Positions 38,641-50,723 of a DNA stretch of 64,000 bases are shown piece after piece. The stretch covers positions 124,001 through 188,000 of the forward strand of contig JADIIX010000005.1 of the NCBI GenBank assembly GCA_027604505.1. Reading direction: 5' to 3'. Position 1 is the first letter of the stretch; every line of letters starts with the position of its first letter. The DNA is from Gonapodya sp. JEL0774. Its lineage: Eukaryota. The notes under the pieces were generated by a model, which had not been told where the DNA came from, did not search any database, and saw nothing but the letters and a program-made list of their open reading frames with translations. Both the position numbers and the translations under genes were made by a program.

Positions 38641-39944
38641 TCAACACCATCTTCCACACCCTCCACCTACAGCTTCCCTCCTTCCACAGCCAGAACCTGC
38701 GCCTGCTACATCTGGCCTCCCGAAAAGTGCCAGAGGGTGTACGAATCCCAATGGGCCCAAAGGGTGCGAACGGTACGCATACACTGGTGGGCGGTAGGCG
38801 TAGACTCGGTGCCTGGTTGGATACCTTTCAAGCTCAGTGGCAGCGCGAGATAGATGCGAAAGGTAGGAGAAGGCGGTGGGAAGAGTTGCGGAAAGGAGCT
38901 GAAAGGCGATTGGTGGAAACAGTTTCAGCACTCGGAAAGAGACAGCAAGAAAGCCACGCCAAACTGTACCTCTTCAAGGTCTTTTGCTAGTTCCTCCTCA
39001 GCGGTTGATTCCTCGCTCGTACTGTCCCCATTCTTAGCCGACTGTCCAGTCCCGGCCTTCTCCCCCGAATCGTCCACCGCCTTCTTGCCAGCGTCCTTGT
39101 CTGAGTCGACCGCCGTTGTACGTTGACTCTCCCCCGCAGCTTTCTTCTCAGCGGTCGCCTCTTCTTTTGCCTCCACCTGCTTCTCTGCAGGCTCTAGTAT
39201 TGATTTCTGGTCCACTGCGCCGTTGACTGAAGGGTAAGCGGTTTCCTCAGAGGCAGTGATGTCCTCGAGAGTTGTCTGCTGAAGTTCAGAGGCGGGAGGT
39301 GAGACAAGAACTAAAATATTTACAGACAGCGCGGGACGCCTCACTTTCTCACTCTCATCCTTTGGTGCGTCTCGGTCAGAGGTGACTTCTGCATCCTCTT
39401 TCGAAGTGCTTTCCGATTCATGGACATTGACATGTTCCCCCGACACAGCTTCCGAGGGAGGCACCTGCTCTAATACCCATTCCTCCTCCTCCTTCCTCGT
39501 CGCATTGTCATCCTCCCGGACCGAAGTTCGGTCTCCCTTTCGCTTAGCCTCCACGGTTGATTTCGGAGTGGCCAAGTCGATATCGCTTTTGCTGGACTTG
39601 CCGTTGGGTGCCAAGGTGGTGACCACGAACTTGACAGACGTGGAGGACGAAACAAGCTCACGGAACTCTTGCGTGGTGCTGATGGTGACAACGTCTCCGT
39701 CATGATCTGCGTATGTCACAGCAATGACGTCTGTGGGCGGAAACGCGAAGATGGTACGGATCTGAAGTCCAACGAGATTGGCAACGAGAACGACGAGGTA
39801 AGTGATTTGAGCGGGCACATCAGCATTAAAGAAGAGCGAGCGACAACTTACTTGCTGCTCAACATCTTCCCACGCAGCATCAGCGCTCGCAGCGATCCTC
39901 CTGGTGACACCGGTCACGGGGCTGAAGACTTTGAATGAAGACAT
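38641..39944 (-). CDS. PB1-domain protein with acidic disordered middle region, copy A
   Basis: MSSFKVF..TRRI (basic residues) plus the OPCA motif TYADHDGDVVTISTTQEF; introns at the same positions as copy B. Confidence 0.8.
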
Positions 39945-40130
39945 TCGTTTCTTTCGTTCGATTCGATGAAAACGAGTTGATGGAGTCACATCGGACTCGG
40001 GCTTCTTTATAAAGACTGATGCTTGCGTAACCGAGATGGCTTGCGTGATGCCGTGGTGTTTCGAAACCACACGGTTCTGGAAGGTTGTAGAAGATCACCG
40101 AACCTTCCGCGGAGAGTATCAGGGAGGCAT
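38960..40130 (-). repeat. Left arm of a ~1.2-kb inverted segmental duplication (partner ~62815-64000)
   Basis: The reverse complement matches 62815-63965 closely across upstream region, exons and introns. Confidence 0.92.
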
Positions 40131-40843
40131 CAGAATTGGGGAGTGAGGAAGATAGGCGAGGACCGAGGATTTCATCGCGATGCGAATCTCTTGATATGTA
40201 GAAAGAGGCAAAACAATATCGCAATAATTGCAATGTAGCAAAGACGTGGGGACTTCGGACAAAGGGAAACGAAGAATAATCGGGGAACTGCACTTGTTCA
40301 CAATCCAGTTTGGTACAGAGTGAGCCATACGAGCTGTATTTTCCAACGATGGCTGGTGTGGAGTATGGTACCGCACAAGCAATTTTGGCACTTACAGAAC
40401 TTTCACCAACCAGGAGAACCCCATTCAGACGCTTGTGGTGACTAAGGTGACGTTTGGGTACAAAGTCGCTGAGACGAACGAAGAATTTTGTGAGGATACT
40501 GTCTGTGAACAGGAGAGCGAAAGGTGAGAGTTATCTACCATCAAAGTCATGGAAGGGGTAACTGCGCACCACCAGAATTGATTCAAACGAGTTGCGGAAG
40601 GGTTAAAGGTCTCGAAATATGTGTGAAGGACGAAGATGAAAACGTTTTTCTCCGTGGGAGGCGAGAATCGAAGGCGGTGTGATTCCCCTCGGGATCCCAG
40701 CTCTATTCATCGTGCATTTCGTCCGTTCACAATCGTCACGCGACAGAACTTTCAATTCCACAAGTCTTCAAAATTCTTAGCCCTCTGCGCGGTGGTCCCA
40801 CACTCCGCCTGCCGTTTTCTCCCTCATCTCCCAACGAACCACA

Positions 40844-42660
40844 ATGCCTGACATCGACACTGCCGCCGCCCATGTCTCCCCCACCGACATTCAAAACGGA
40901 TCCGCTCATCCTGATGCAATGGATTCCGCTCAAGAACCAAAAGACGACCCAAAGGATAGCATCCTCTCTTCCGCACCACCAAAGAACCACTTTGGACCTC
41001 CTCCACCTCCGGTTATTGGGAAGCCCAGGAGAAACCCCGTCGATCGCGAGAAGGTACGTCTATGTGGCGTTGTAATTCAACGGAGAGCATCCCGCTGGAT
41101 TGGAGCTACGAGAGAGAGTTTCTCCATTCGTGATTCCAAGACCTATTGTGTGTCAGAGTACGAACCTTTCGAAACCGGAGGGCGGTGTTGAATGAATTGC
41201 ATGAACTTGTCATGTGGGCTGCTAGCGTCAGTTGGTGTGTGTTTGTAGAGACATATTTCCGGAAAACGCAGTTTCCTTTGTGTTTCCGAGGAGGCTCTGG
41301 ACAATTCTGGACTTTTCCCCTGTGGTTTAACATTGACCTTTGCGTCTGAAACTCACCACGACTCACTCTTTGCACCAACGAACCTTTCTCAACCCCGACA
41401 TAACTGTCGTCATCCAGGTGTGTCCCTACCTCCTCCGAATATTCGTTCGAGAGGGGGGATTCCCGAGCATGCAGGATCTCGACGAAGGAAGGACACCAGA
41501 TACGGAAGTGAGGTTGTATTCCTGGTGAGTCTCTTGACCGCATGTGCAATTGGAGGGAGAAACGTGGGTGTGGGATCCGCTCTCGCACACCGATATTTGT
41601 GAAGTTGTCCAAGAGAGGGCAACACTTGTCGGGGCGAGAGGTCTCGAGGGCGATAGTGATCGGGTATTGAGGAGCAATGTTGAATGCCAGGATTTCATAT
41701 CATGACGGAATCAAGAGATGCACCCCTTCCCTGACACAAACAATCCAACCTCTTTGTGCATCGACCGTCAGGCCTGACGCCACCCTACGAGAGATCGCTT
41801 CCCTCCTCTCCCTCCACTATCCTCCCACTGCTCCTCGCTCTGCTCATCTCCGCATCCGCCTTGCTTACTATGATCCCCGTGAGGACCGTCATGCCACTAC
41901 AGAACTGGGGAATATCTCCAACTGGCGCAAGGGTTCGGACGACGACAAGACACTCGAACATGGGGGTTTCAGAATCGGGGATTACGTGTTGGTCTCCGTG
42001 GGGGAAAGGATGACGGATTCGACCTCTGGGGTGCAAGGGCACGGACAAGGCATCGGAATGGGCGGGCCGGGTGGCGGAGATGGAAGGGGAATGCAAGGCG
42101 GCAGAGGCGGCGCGTTCTTTGGGCCCCCTGGGAGGGGAGGATTTGGCGGGCCCGGGGGCTTTGACGGGGGATTTAGGGGAAGAGGAGGGGGACCTGCTGG
42201 CGGCGACAGATTTCACCCGTATTCAAGGCCACCGGTGGGTCCGGGAAGAGGCGGATTTGGGGGAGGCAGGGGCGGATTTGGAGGTGGCGGATGGGGGGGG
42301 GGTAGGTTTGGAATGGGTGGAAATGATCCAAGCGATAGGGAGTGGCCAGGAGAGAGGGATGCCGGTCCTCCTGCAGGAAGGGATATGGGGCGTCGAGGTT
42401 TCCCAGGTGGTGGTGGCGCCATGGGTGGAGATGATATGCGGGGACGGGGTGGAGTAGGTGGAATGGCGATGGATAGAGGTGCTGGTGGGGGGGGCAGGAG
42501 GGATAGCCGAGACGGGGGTAGGGAGTGGGAAAGGGAAGGTGCTGGCAGGGATAGGCGGGATGATAGGGCTGGTGGTGGTGGTGGTGGTGGTGGTGGCCCG
42601 GTCAGGGGGAGGGACGAGAGGGGTGAAAGAGGTGAAAGACCAGACAGAGGAAGGTGGTAG
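40844..42660 (+). CDS. SAP18: SAP18 (Sin3/ASAP complex subunit) with long RGG-rich tail
   Basis: PVDREK|VCPYLLRIF...VRLYSW|PDATLREIASLL...DDDKTLEHGGFRIGDYVLVSV, followed by RGG/FGG repeats. Confidence 0.9.
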
Positions 42661-43212
42661 AGGAGTCTTCTGGGAAAATGTAACCTTTAAAACAATACTT
42701 GCTTTGTTTCGACCTTTGAACCAAATCGTGAGGTGTGTCCACCCATTACATACAAATTACAATACGCTTCCGCCATGGGGCAGCTCCATGCACCCGATAA
42801 GTGAAGCCGGAGCGTTGTGGACTGGGTCCATACGCTGTCCACACTTAAGTTTGACAAGACTTGTCTAGACTTCAGAACCAAGGGAGATGAGACAGGACCC
42901 AAGGCGATGATGGAAGTCAATGAAAGAAATTGTGAACCACTCTGTATACTCGAGTCCCAATCAAATGGTACTTTGCTCCAGTTGATGAGTATAATGGACC
43001 CAACGCCATCTCAAAAAGTCCGTGTTTGAAGAGAGGGAATTTATTGCAGAACACTTCGAACGTTATTATGTTAACAATGTCTCCACCACAAAAAAAAACG
43101 GACCCCCAAAAAATTATTCTTATGGAGAGGGATTTCGGCAACGGCGGGTACAACTTCTCAGAGAAAGACGTATCGGCAGGAAAGACATTTCCCCGGGCAC
43201 ATACTCCAAAGC

Positions 43213-44738
43213 TTAAGCGGATGATGCCATTCCCCCGGAGAACGCCAACGATCTCGCCACAGATGTGGTGATACTTGCCAACACCGTGGGCAAGAACCCA
43301 TCTGCACCAGTCGACATCTCATGTGCTGTGAACCGAACTTTCCCACCACCTTGGCCGATTTTGGTGGCCTTTTGGATAATTTCGCCAAACACCTCCTCCA
43401 TTCTGCGTGTTGAGGCGTGCAATCGGAAAAAGTGATAATCCACATCCAAGTTGACGAGTTTGCGAAGTGCTTGGTCGACGTTGGAGCCAGGGCCCGACGT
43501 CGTCCCGTCGCGACCGTCTGGATCCTTGCCGTTGAAGTATCGGTCGCTTCCGGCACCCATGGTGTTGAGAGCCGAGCCGTGCGGAGGTGCGTCGGCGATA
43601 TGCTAGGAATATGTGCAAGTGCAAGTGTGATTCTTGGTATGTAACCGAAACGAGGGCCTGAGTTTCACAAATACAAAATGACACTCACAATGACCAGCCT
43701 GGTTCCGACCTTCCATTTGAGGCGGCTGACCTGTTCCACACCACCTAGAACGTCTTCGGCGGCATCACCACCTCCAGTGGCGGTGATCGGCGTGATGAGT
43801 CTGGCGAGATCTTCGGGAGACACGAAATCATGCACGATGAAACGCTCATTGTCGCCGAAATCGCGGTAGCCTACGAGTGACAAGAAGTCATCGCGGTCAG
43901 AACTGCGCGTGAGAGGGGTTGCCAGAGAGACGCGTGTGCTCACCAACAAAAGCCACGCGAATAGTAGCTTCAGGGTACTTGCTCCGCAAGGCGCCCAATA
44001 TACTCGTTACTTTATCCTTTGCAGCCTGAATCCACGAGGCCATGGAGCCCGTGCAGTCCATCAAGAAGCAGCAGTCAATGGCTGTGGACTGCTTCATTAT
44101 CTCCTCCTTGCGTTTTTTGACATCGACATTGATGGCCAAGAGGGCTTGTGTGCGACGAATGGCATCCATGGAAGTTGTAGCTCTGCTTGGAACGGAACCG
44201 GACCCGGGCGACGCCAGAGACCCTGATCCAACAGTAGGAGTGGTTTGGAGCGGCTTCACAGTGTATGATGAGCGGGTTTCCGATGCCGGCGTGGCAAGAG
44301 CGGGGGAAGGAATGGTCGTGTATGCAGGGGCAGGTATTGTGGTCGAGGGTACGGACCGGTAGGCCGGATTAGACAGAGCCGCCAAGGGGACAGACGTGTA
44401 GGCTGGTGGAGGGATCTCCGAGGCCGGGATCACGGGAGCAGGGCTGGCAGTCATGGCGGTGACAGGAGCCACAGTTCGAGTTGTTGGGAACCCGCCCGGA
44501 ACCGCTATGCTGCCACAGATAAAAAAAAAACCATTAGCAACCAGTCTATTGGTATTAAAAGACAATCATTCGCAGTCGTTGCTCACCCTAGGCGAGAAAG
44601 AGCCCCCGAGTCGCGTGTTGAAAACTGAGACCGAAGTTCCTGCAGCCTGGCCTCCTGTTGACGAGCAAGGTTCGCTATAGCCTCCATCTGCGCTGCCATT
44701 GCCGCCTGCGTTTGCCTGCGAATTTCCTCGTCCGCCAT
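43213..44738 (-). CDS. Stand-alone vWA-domain protein (VwkA-type vWA), paralog 1
   Basis: Short coiled-coil first exon, P/S/T linker, then DCCFLMDCTGSM (MIDAS DxTxS), GYRD, GGGDAAEDV and HIADAPPHG. Confidence 0.9.
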
Positions 44739-44931
44739 CTTTTCGACTTGTTTGTCTTTCTTGGGAATGAAGGGGGAAACAACTGAGGGCTCCACTAAGC
44801 CATCTATCTGCTGTGGGCAAATGAGGGTCACAGCATTTTCCAAACTTCCGAGCTCTCTTTCGTTTTTGTCACGCCCTTTCTTTTAAACTGGAGAAGCTCT
44901 GTCTCAGTATTTCGTCTGATTTTTAGCCTCG
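44739..44931. promoter_or_regulatory. Putative compact bidirectional promoter between vWA1 and alpha-kinase 2
   Basis: Only 193 bp separate the divergent inferred ATGs (44738 and 44932). Confidence 0.5.
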
Positions 44932-47102
44932 ATGGCTGTTCGTCAGTTGATCCTGTGCTGTTTGGCTCGCGGTGATGAATACAACACTCAAACTTGTTTC
45001 CTTCCCCACCTCTCGATTTATGCGCCATTTGGACGTCTGTTATACGCCACCAATGTCACTCAATGCCTCTGTCAAACGGGACTGTCTATTCGACCTGTGA
45101 TTGACAACTGACCGTTCACAGAAGATATCATTCGGCAGCTCCAAAAGCAAGAAGATGCTTTACTTCAGACTCTTCAAGTTATGAATAGCAACCGTGAAAT
45201 CATCACCTCACACCTCAATGCTGCCAAACAGTATGTCGCCTCTGCAGAGCCCCTCGAATCTCATCGCAGCAAACTCGACCTCGCCCTTCACAACGCAAAC
45301 CAATCCATCAAGCGGATCTCCCAGCGCAAAAAGTTTGTAGAATGGGCACTTCCACAGGCTCAGCCTGTCGTCGCCAGCAAGCTATATGAACAACAACTCC
45401 AGATGGAGAATGACCATGGACGCCTCTTTGATGTAACCACCATGCTTGAGATGGCTCAAAAAGTCCTTCTTGCCCAGCTCTCCTTGTCTCGTGCGACAAA
45501 CAGTGATGTTATTGAACGCCTCTCCCGAGAAAGCGCCATTCTGGCGTCCCTCCGTGCCCAGCATGAGTCGGTGGTCGCCACCTTGGCAACATTGACTGAC
45601 ATTATTGACACAAGTCGACAACGGTGCGAGGGCCTCCAGGCGGAACTACGAGCTCGGCAAGAGGAATTGGCTGCCCTTAAAGTCTACATGGAACTTAGAC
45701 AGGGTGAAAAAGACCTGTGTGAAACAAAAATGGAGCTTGCCACGATTCAGCTCCAGCACAATCAGAACCACTTCCAAGTCACTTCCACACAGCGGCTGTC
45801 CGAATTTGAAGCCGCTTTCGCCAGCCGCCAGAAATGGCAGCGTAGATTCGATTCGGCAGAACGATTGATTGAGAGACGTGCCGTCATGACCCGCATCCAG
45901 GAACTCGGCAACGAAATCGATACTGAGGCCACTGAACCTACGTGGGCGGCGGACTTTAGTTGGCCACTCAAGCAAACCGTATTCGCTACTGATTACTCCC
46001 TCGACTTAGACGGATACCCGGGCGGCAGTGGGGTCGACGCCGAAATACCGGTCCCTCACCGAGGCCAACTTCGCACCTTCACCCTCTCTGACATGCGCAT
46101 CAAAGTCAGTCCCGCCACATCCGTTGAACTGAAACGCTTGAACAAACCATTTGCAAAGGGCCTGTACCGATCCGCCTACTTTTCCACCATTCCACCATAT
46201 CGACCGAAAACGGTCGCCAAACTTTTCCATCTTCAACGCAGCATTGAGACTGATTCAGAACACGCACTGAAAGTAGCCAAGGCGACCATGGTGGCGGATG
46301 TGTTTGCGAAATGTTTCACTGATGCCCTAAAGGATCTCGCTTTTGATGCGAGGCCGATAAAGGCGAGGATTACCATTGGGTACTTGGTGGGTTCGTGACG
46401 GGTTGGACACTATGAAGTCCGCCCCTAATACCATTCTACGAAGTCCACTACCATTGCTGTCCACACCCGCCACAAACAAGTATGGATGATCGAAGACATG
46501 CTGGACGGCTGGACGAAATGGAGCAACAACGCGTGAGCAAATGCGTATGGTAGTACGAAACGTGCTCTACCGCTCACCATTGCGTACTTCCTTGTGGGAT
46601 CACCGCATACCCATTCGCCTCCAGAGAAGTCGCCCGTGACGACGATTATGGAAGGTTGCTCAGTGCGTTTACTCACTATTCCTTCCAAAGCTCTGGCGGG
46701 GTGAGTCGCCTTTACCCATTTCAGGCTATCATGGCTCACTATGAGAGTGTTTGTGAAACTCACGGTCTCATCGCCATTTGATAGCGAGTGCTTGTCACCG
46801 ACAACCAAGGGTTTTGTGACGAATCCGATCCAGACCACCTTATCTTCCGGCTCACAGATCCAGCCGTTCATACGCTTAGCAAAGACTTCGAAGGATTGGT
46901 GAGATCTTTGCGGACAATTTTACGCATCGTCGCAACAGCTCGACTAAATTGATGGAATTACTTTATTTTTTTTTCGCTTGCACAGGAGCACGACCTGGAC
47001 GCCAACAACGGCGAGGAAGGGAGGCAGGCGTTTGTGAAAAGTCACAAGTGTTCGGACTGGTGTCGGCTGTTGATGTTGAATGCCACTGGGACTTTTATAT
47101 AA
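44932..47102 (+). CDS. Alpha-kinase with long N-terminal coiled coil, paralog 2
   Basis: Same motifs as paralog 1 (KPFAKGLYRSAY, WTKWSNN, SAFTHYSF, VTDNQG, LTDPAVHT, HKCSDWC). First exon is MAV, with a phase-1 intron like paralog 1. Confidence 0.9.
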
Positions 47103-47229
47103 TGAGGATTCAAAGTCTGGGGGCGTGAGAACGATACCAAATTTGACTAACTAGCACATACATACATATGATTTGATATCAAAATTCAAAGCTAGAAGAT
47201 AGATATTTTTTATGTGCAACAGGTCCCTT

Positions 47230-48603
47230 TTACTTTGCTCCCGCAGGACTAACAGCCAATGATCTCGCCACCGATGTCGTTATGGATTCTAATACTTGGG
47301 GCAGAAAGCTTTCCGGTCCCTCAGCCATTTTGTGGGAGGTGAAGCGCACCTTACCCCCACCCTGGCCCTTCGATGTTGCCAAGGTGATGATGTCATTAAA
47401 GACCTTCTCCATTTTTTCTGTGCGTGATTTGAGCCTGAAAAAGTGGTAGTCAATCCCCAGAGAGACTATTTGGCGTAGGATTTGGTCAGTTGCTGAGCCA
47501 GGGCCGACTGTTGTACCATCACGGCCGGCGGGATCCTTTTCGCTTGTGTAGCGGTCGTGCTTGGTATCAGTCCAATTGTTTAGTGCACATCCATGCGGAG
47601 GGGAATCACCAATATGCTGAGCAAAACAGTTCGATTAGACCTCGTACACTAAGTCTGAACAAGGGGCCACTTTTCACATAACACGTGAACTTACGATAAC
47701 AAGTCGGGTGCCAACTTTCCACGTCAGCCCAAGAACCTTTTCAATGCCTCCCAGGACGTCTTCCGCGGCGTCACGGCCAGATGTCGGTTCTATCGGTGAA
47801 ATTAGAGTTGTAAGCTCTTCCGGTGCAACAAAATCGTGAACGATAAGTGGCTCTTTATGTTCAAAATCTCGATAGCCTGAAGGAGGTGAGAGGTGTGAAG
47901 TGTTGCAAGATTCAATTATTGTCACGGTTACTACTCACCGACAAAGGCTACCCGAATCGTTGCTTCCGTGTACTTTTCACGCAGTGCCCCAAGAATCCCC
48001 GTTATCTTTTTCTTTGCAGCCTCAAGCCACGGTCCCATGGATCCTGTGCAGTCCATAACAAAGCAGCAGTCGATTGCTGTGGCGCGCTTATGCAACTCCA
48101 TCTTCCTCTTCTTATTATCTTCCTCCACGGCACGAAGCTCTCTAATTCGTTGCAAAGGGTCTAGAGAAGCTGAGCCTCTTGTCACAACCTGTTGAGAGAT
48201 AATCCCAGAAATTGCGGGACTGGACGAAGCAGGCGCATTGAGAATGCTCGGTGGGGCTGACGTGTACGCAGGTGGTAGAATATCTGTCGATCGTGCCACC
48301 ACCTCCAGAGGGGTTTGGTTGGTTACGGCGGGCTCTGCCGACGGTGGCGAGGTAGAATTGTTGGTCAGGTTAAGAGGGAGGGTAATGCTACCACAAACGC
48401 CATGAGCTTCTCCAATTAGAAATTTTATGAAATTTATGGTTTGCGTACCCAAGTCGGGCCAGAGCTCCAGTTTGTGGACGATTTAAGAGCGATGCTCTCA
48501 ACTCCATCACACGAGCTTCCTTCTCGCGAGCGAGTTTTTCGACCGCGTTTAGCTGTTCTGCAAGTGCCGCAACGGCCGATTTGCGAGCGTCCTCGTCGGC
48601 CAT
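47230..48603 (-). CDS. Stand-alone vWA-domain protein, paralog 2
   Basis: MADEDARK.. coiled-coil exon; DCCFVMDCTGSM, GYRD, SGRDAAEDV, HIGDSPPHG; same intron layout as paralog 1. Confidence 0.9.
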
Positions 48604-48885
48604 GAATGATCACCAATATGAGAATATGTTGTTGCCAATTCTCCGGAATTTCCTGCCGTGGCAGTCAGTCCACAGCTTTGTATATCTCTCTGGGAATGCG
48701 TCCCACACCCAAATCATTTTTACCTGAACCCGCCAACTTTTTCAGAGGCAGTAGCCGTAAACGTGATTTGGTTAGGAGACATGTCCGCTCAAGTGACAAT
48801 CTGACAACCATCAATGTAAAAAGTTACATATTGCAGTACGTCGTAACGAAACTGGCACGCAAACAGAGCAATGTATTCAATCGAT

Positions 48886-50364
48886 CTATCGTGCACCACC
48901 GATATTCCCTGCCAAAGATCTTGCCACGGACGTCGTGATCGACTCCAATACTTGAGGTAAAAAGCTCGCGGGACCCTCCGCCATATCATGTGGCGTGAAG
49001 TGCACCTTGGACCCACCCTCACCCTTCGCGGTTGCAGTTGCAATGATGTCTCTGAAAACTTTCTCCATCTTGGCGGTGTCGGAGCTCAGCCTGAAGAAGT
49101 GGTAGTCAATCCCGAGAGAAACCAATCGCCGGAGGAGCCGGTCAGTCGCTGACCCAGGAGCGACGGTGGTCCCGTCCCGGCCATCTGGGTCTGCGCACGA
49201 GAAGTAACGATCGTAAGACGAAGACCATGAGTTGAGTGCAGATCCATGTGGTGGTGCATCCGCGATGTGCTGCAGTAGGCGGAGGGGAAAATGAAGATGG
49301 AGCTCAGTTCGTCCCGCACTTCAGTGTGATCGGTGCATTACGGTACTTACAATCATGAGCCTCGTGCCAACTTTCCAATTAAGCCCGGTCACCTTCTCGA
49401 TTCCACCGAGGACATCTTCCGCACCGTCCATACCGGAGATGGGCTTGACAGGGAGGAGAAGCTGGGTGAGCTCTTCTGGTGTAACAAAATTGTGTACAAC
49501 GAATCGTTCATCGTCGCCAAAATCGCGATACCCTGGTGAATTCTGCGCTTAGAATAGAAGATACCCAAGAAAACTATTAAGATATATGAAACTGACCGAC
49601 AAACGCTACCCGAATGGTTGCCTCGCTGTATTTCTCGCGAAGACTCGCAAGAATACCGTTGATCTTTTCCTTTGCGGCTTGAATCCACGGTGACATCGAC
49701 CCAGTGCAATCCACCAAAAAGCAACAGTCGATAGCAGTAGCGCGCTTTTGTAGTTCAATCTTCTTCTTCCTGTTTTCTTCTTCCATAGACCGAAGTTCTC
49801 TAATACGCTGTAAAGGGTCCAGAGAAACGGAGCCTCTTGACGGTACAGAGCTTGATTTTGAGGGAGCTTTAACCATTCCTGCAGAATACGCAGAGCTGGA
49901 CGAGCTGGACGAGCTGGATGATGAGGAACCGTAAGACGTTCCCCTCGAGGAGACAACGGCATTGGACGGGCGGGATCCCAAAGACGGAGAAGGAGCATTC
50001 AGAATGCTTAGCGGAACTGACGTGTATGCAGGTGGTGGAACGTCTGGTGATGGTGTTGCTATTGGAAGGTGGCTTGTTGTGGTCACAGCAGGTTCAGCTG
50101 GCGGAGCTACAACACTCGAACTTGTCGAGCTCGTGGGGAGCCCTGCAGGGATCGCAATTCTGTGAAAAACTGTGAGCGATTTTCAGAAACAACGCTGTGA
50201 AGGTCTGCCACTCACCCGAGTCGCGAGAGAGCTCCGGTGTCTGGCCGGTTCAAGAATTGCGCCCTAAGCTCCCTGACACGCTCTTCCTGCTGCCGTGCAA
50301 GATTGGCAACAGCGGCTATTTGGGCTTCCATCGCTGCCGCGTAAGGGCTTCTGTCGGATGCCAT
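48886..50364 (-). CDS. Stand-alone vWA-domain protein, paralog 3
   Basis: MASDRSPYAAAMEAQ.. exon; DCCFLVDCTGSM, GYRD, SGMDGAEDV, HIADAPPHG. Confidence 0.9.
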
Positions 50365-50723
50365 CGTAGTGTGAAGCTCGTTCTTGGTTTTTTGGGTGCT
50401 GTGACCTTTTGGCCACATCCACAGCACGGAGGGCTAGTGATAACACATGCCGAAAACGAAACAATCAAGCATTGGATAAGAGAATATATCTCTAATTGAA
50501 CTTTGCATTGGATAACGAGTTCAACAAATCCTGGCTCCGCGCGCTCCTGCTTTTGTTTCTACCGGTCTAATCCATTGGATTTCAGTGCGACAACGGGTAG
50601 AGACAATTAACTAAACTGCAGTCGCTCCTTTGATAATGGTTTCTTCGCCTGGTTTGGCCCTGGATCCAACTCTGAGTCGAAAGAAGAATATTGTCATGAT
50701 GGCCAACTCAAATAGACAACCAC

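Noticed and set aside
39460..39500. EEEEWVLEQV in the PB1 proteins as an Atg8-binding LIR (p62/NBR1-like receptor)
   Set aside because: W-V-L-E does not fit the W-x-x-L/I/V core, and no ZZ or UBA domain is visible.
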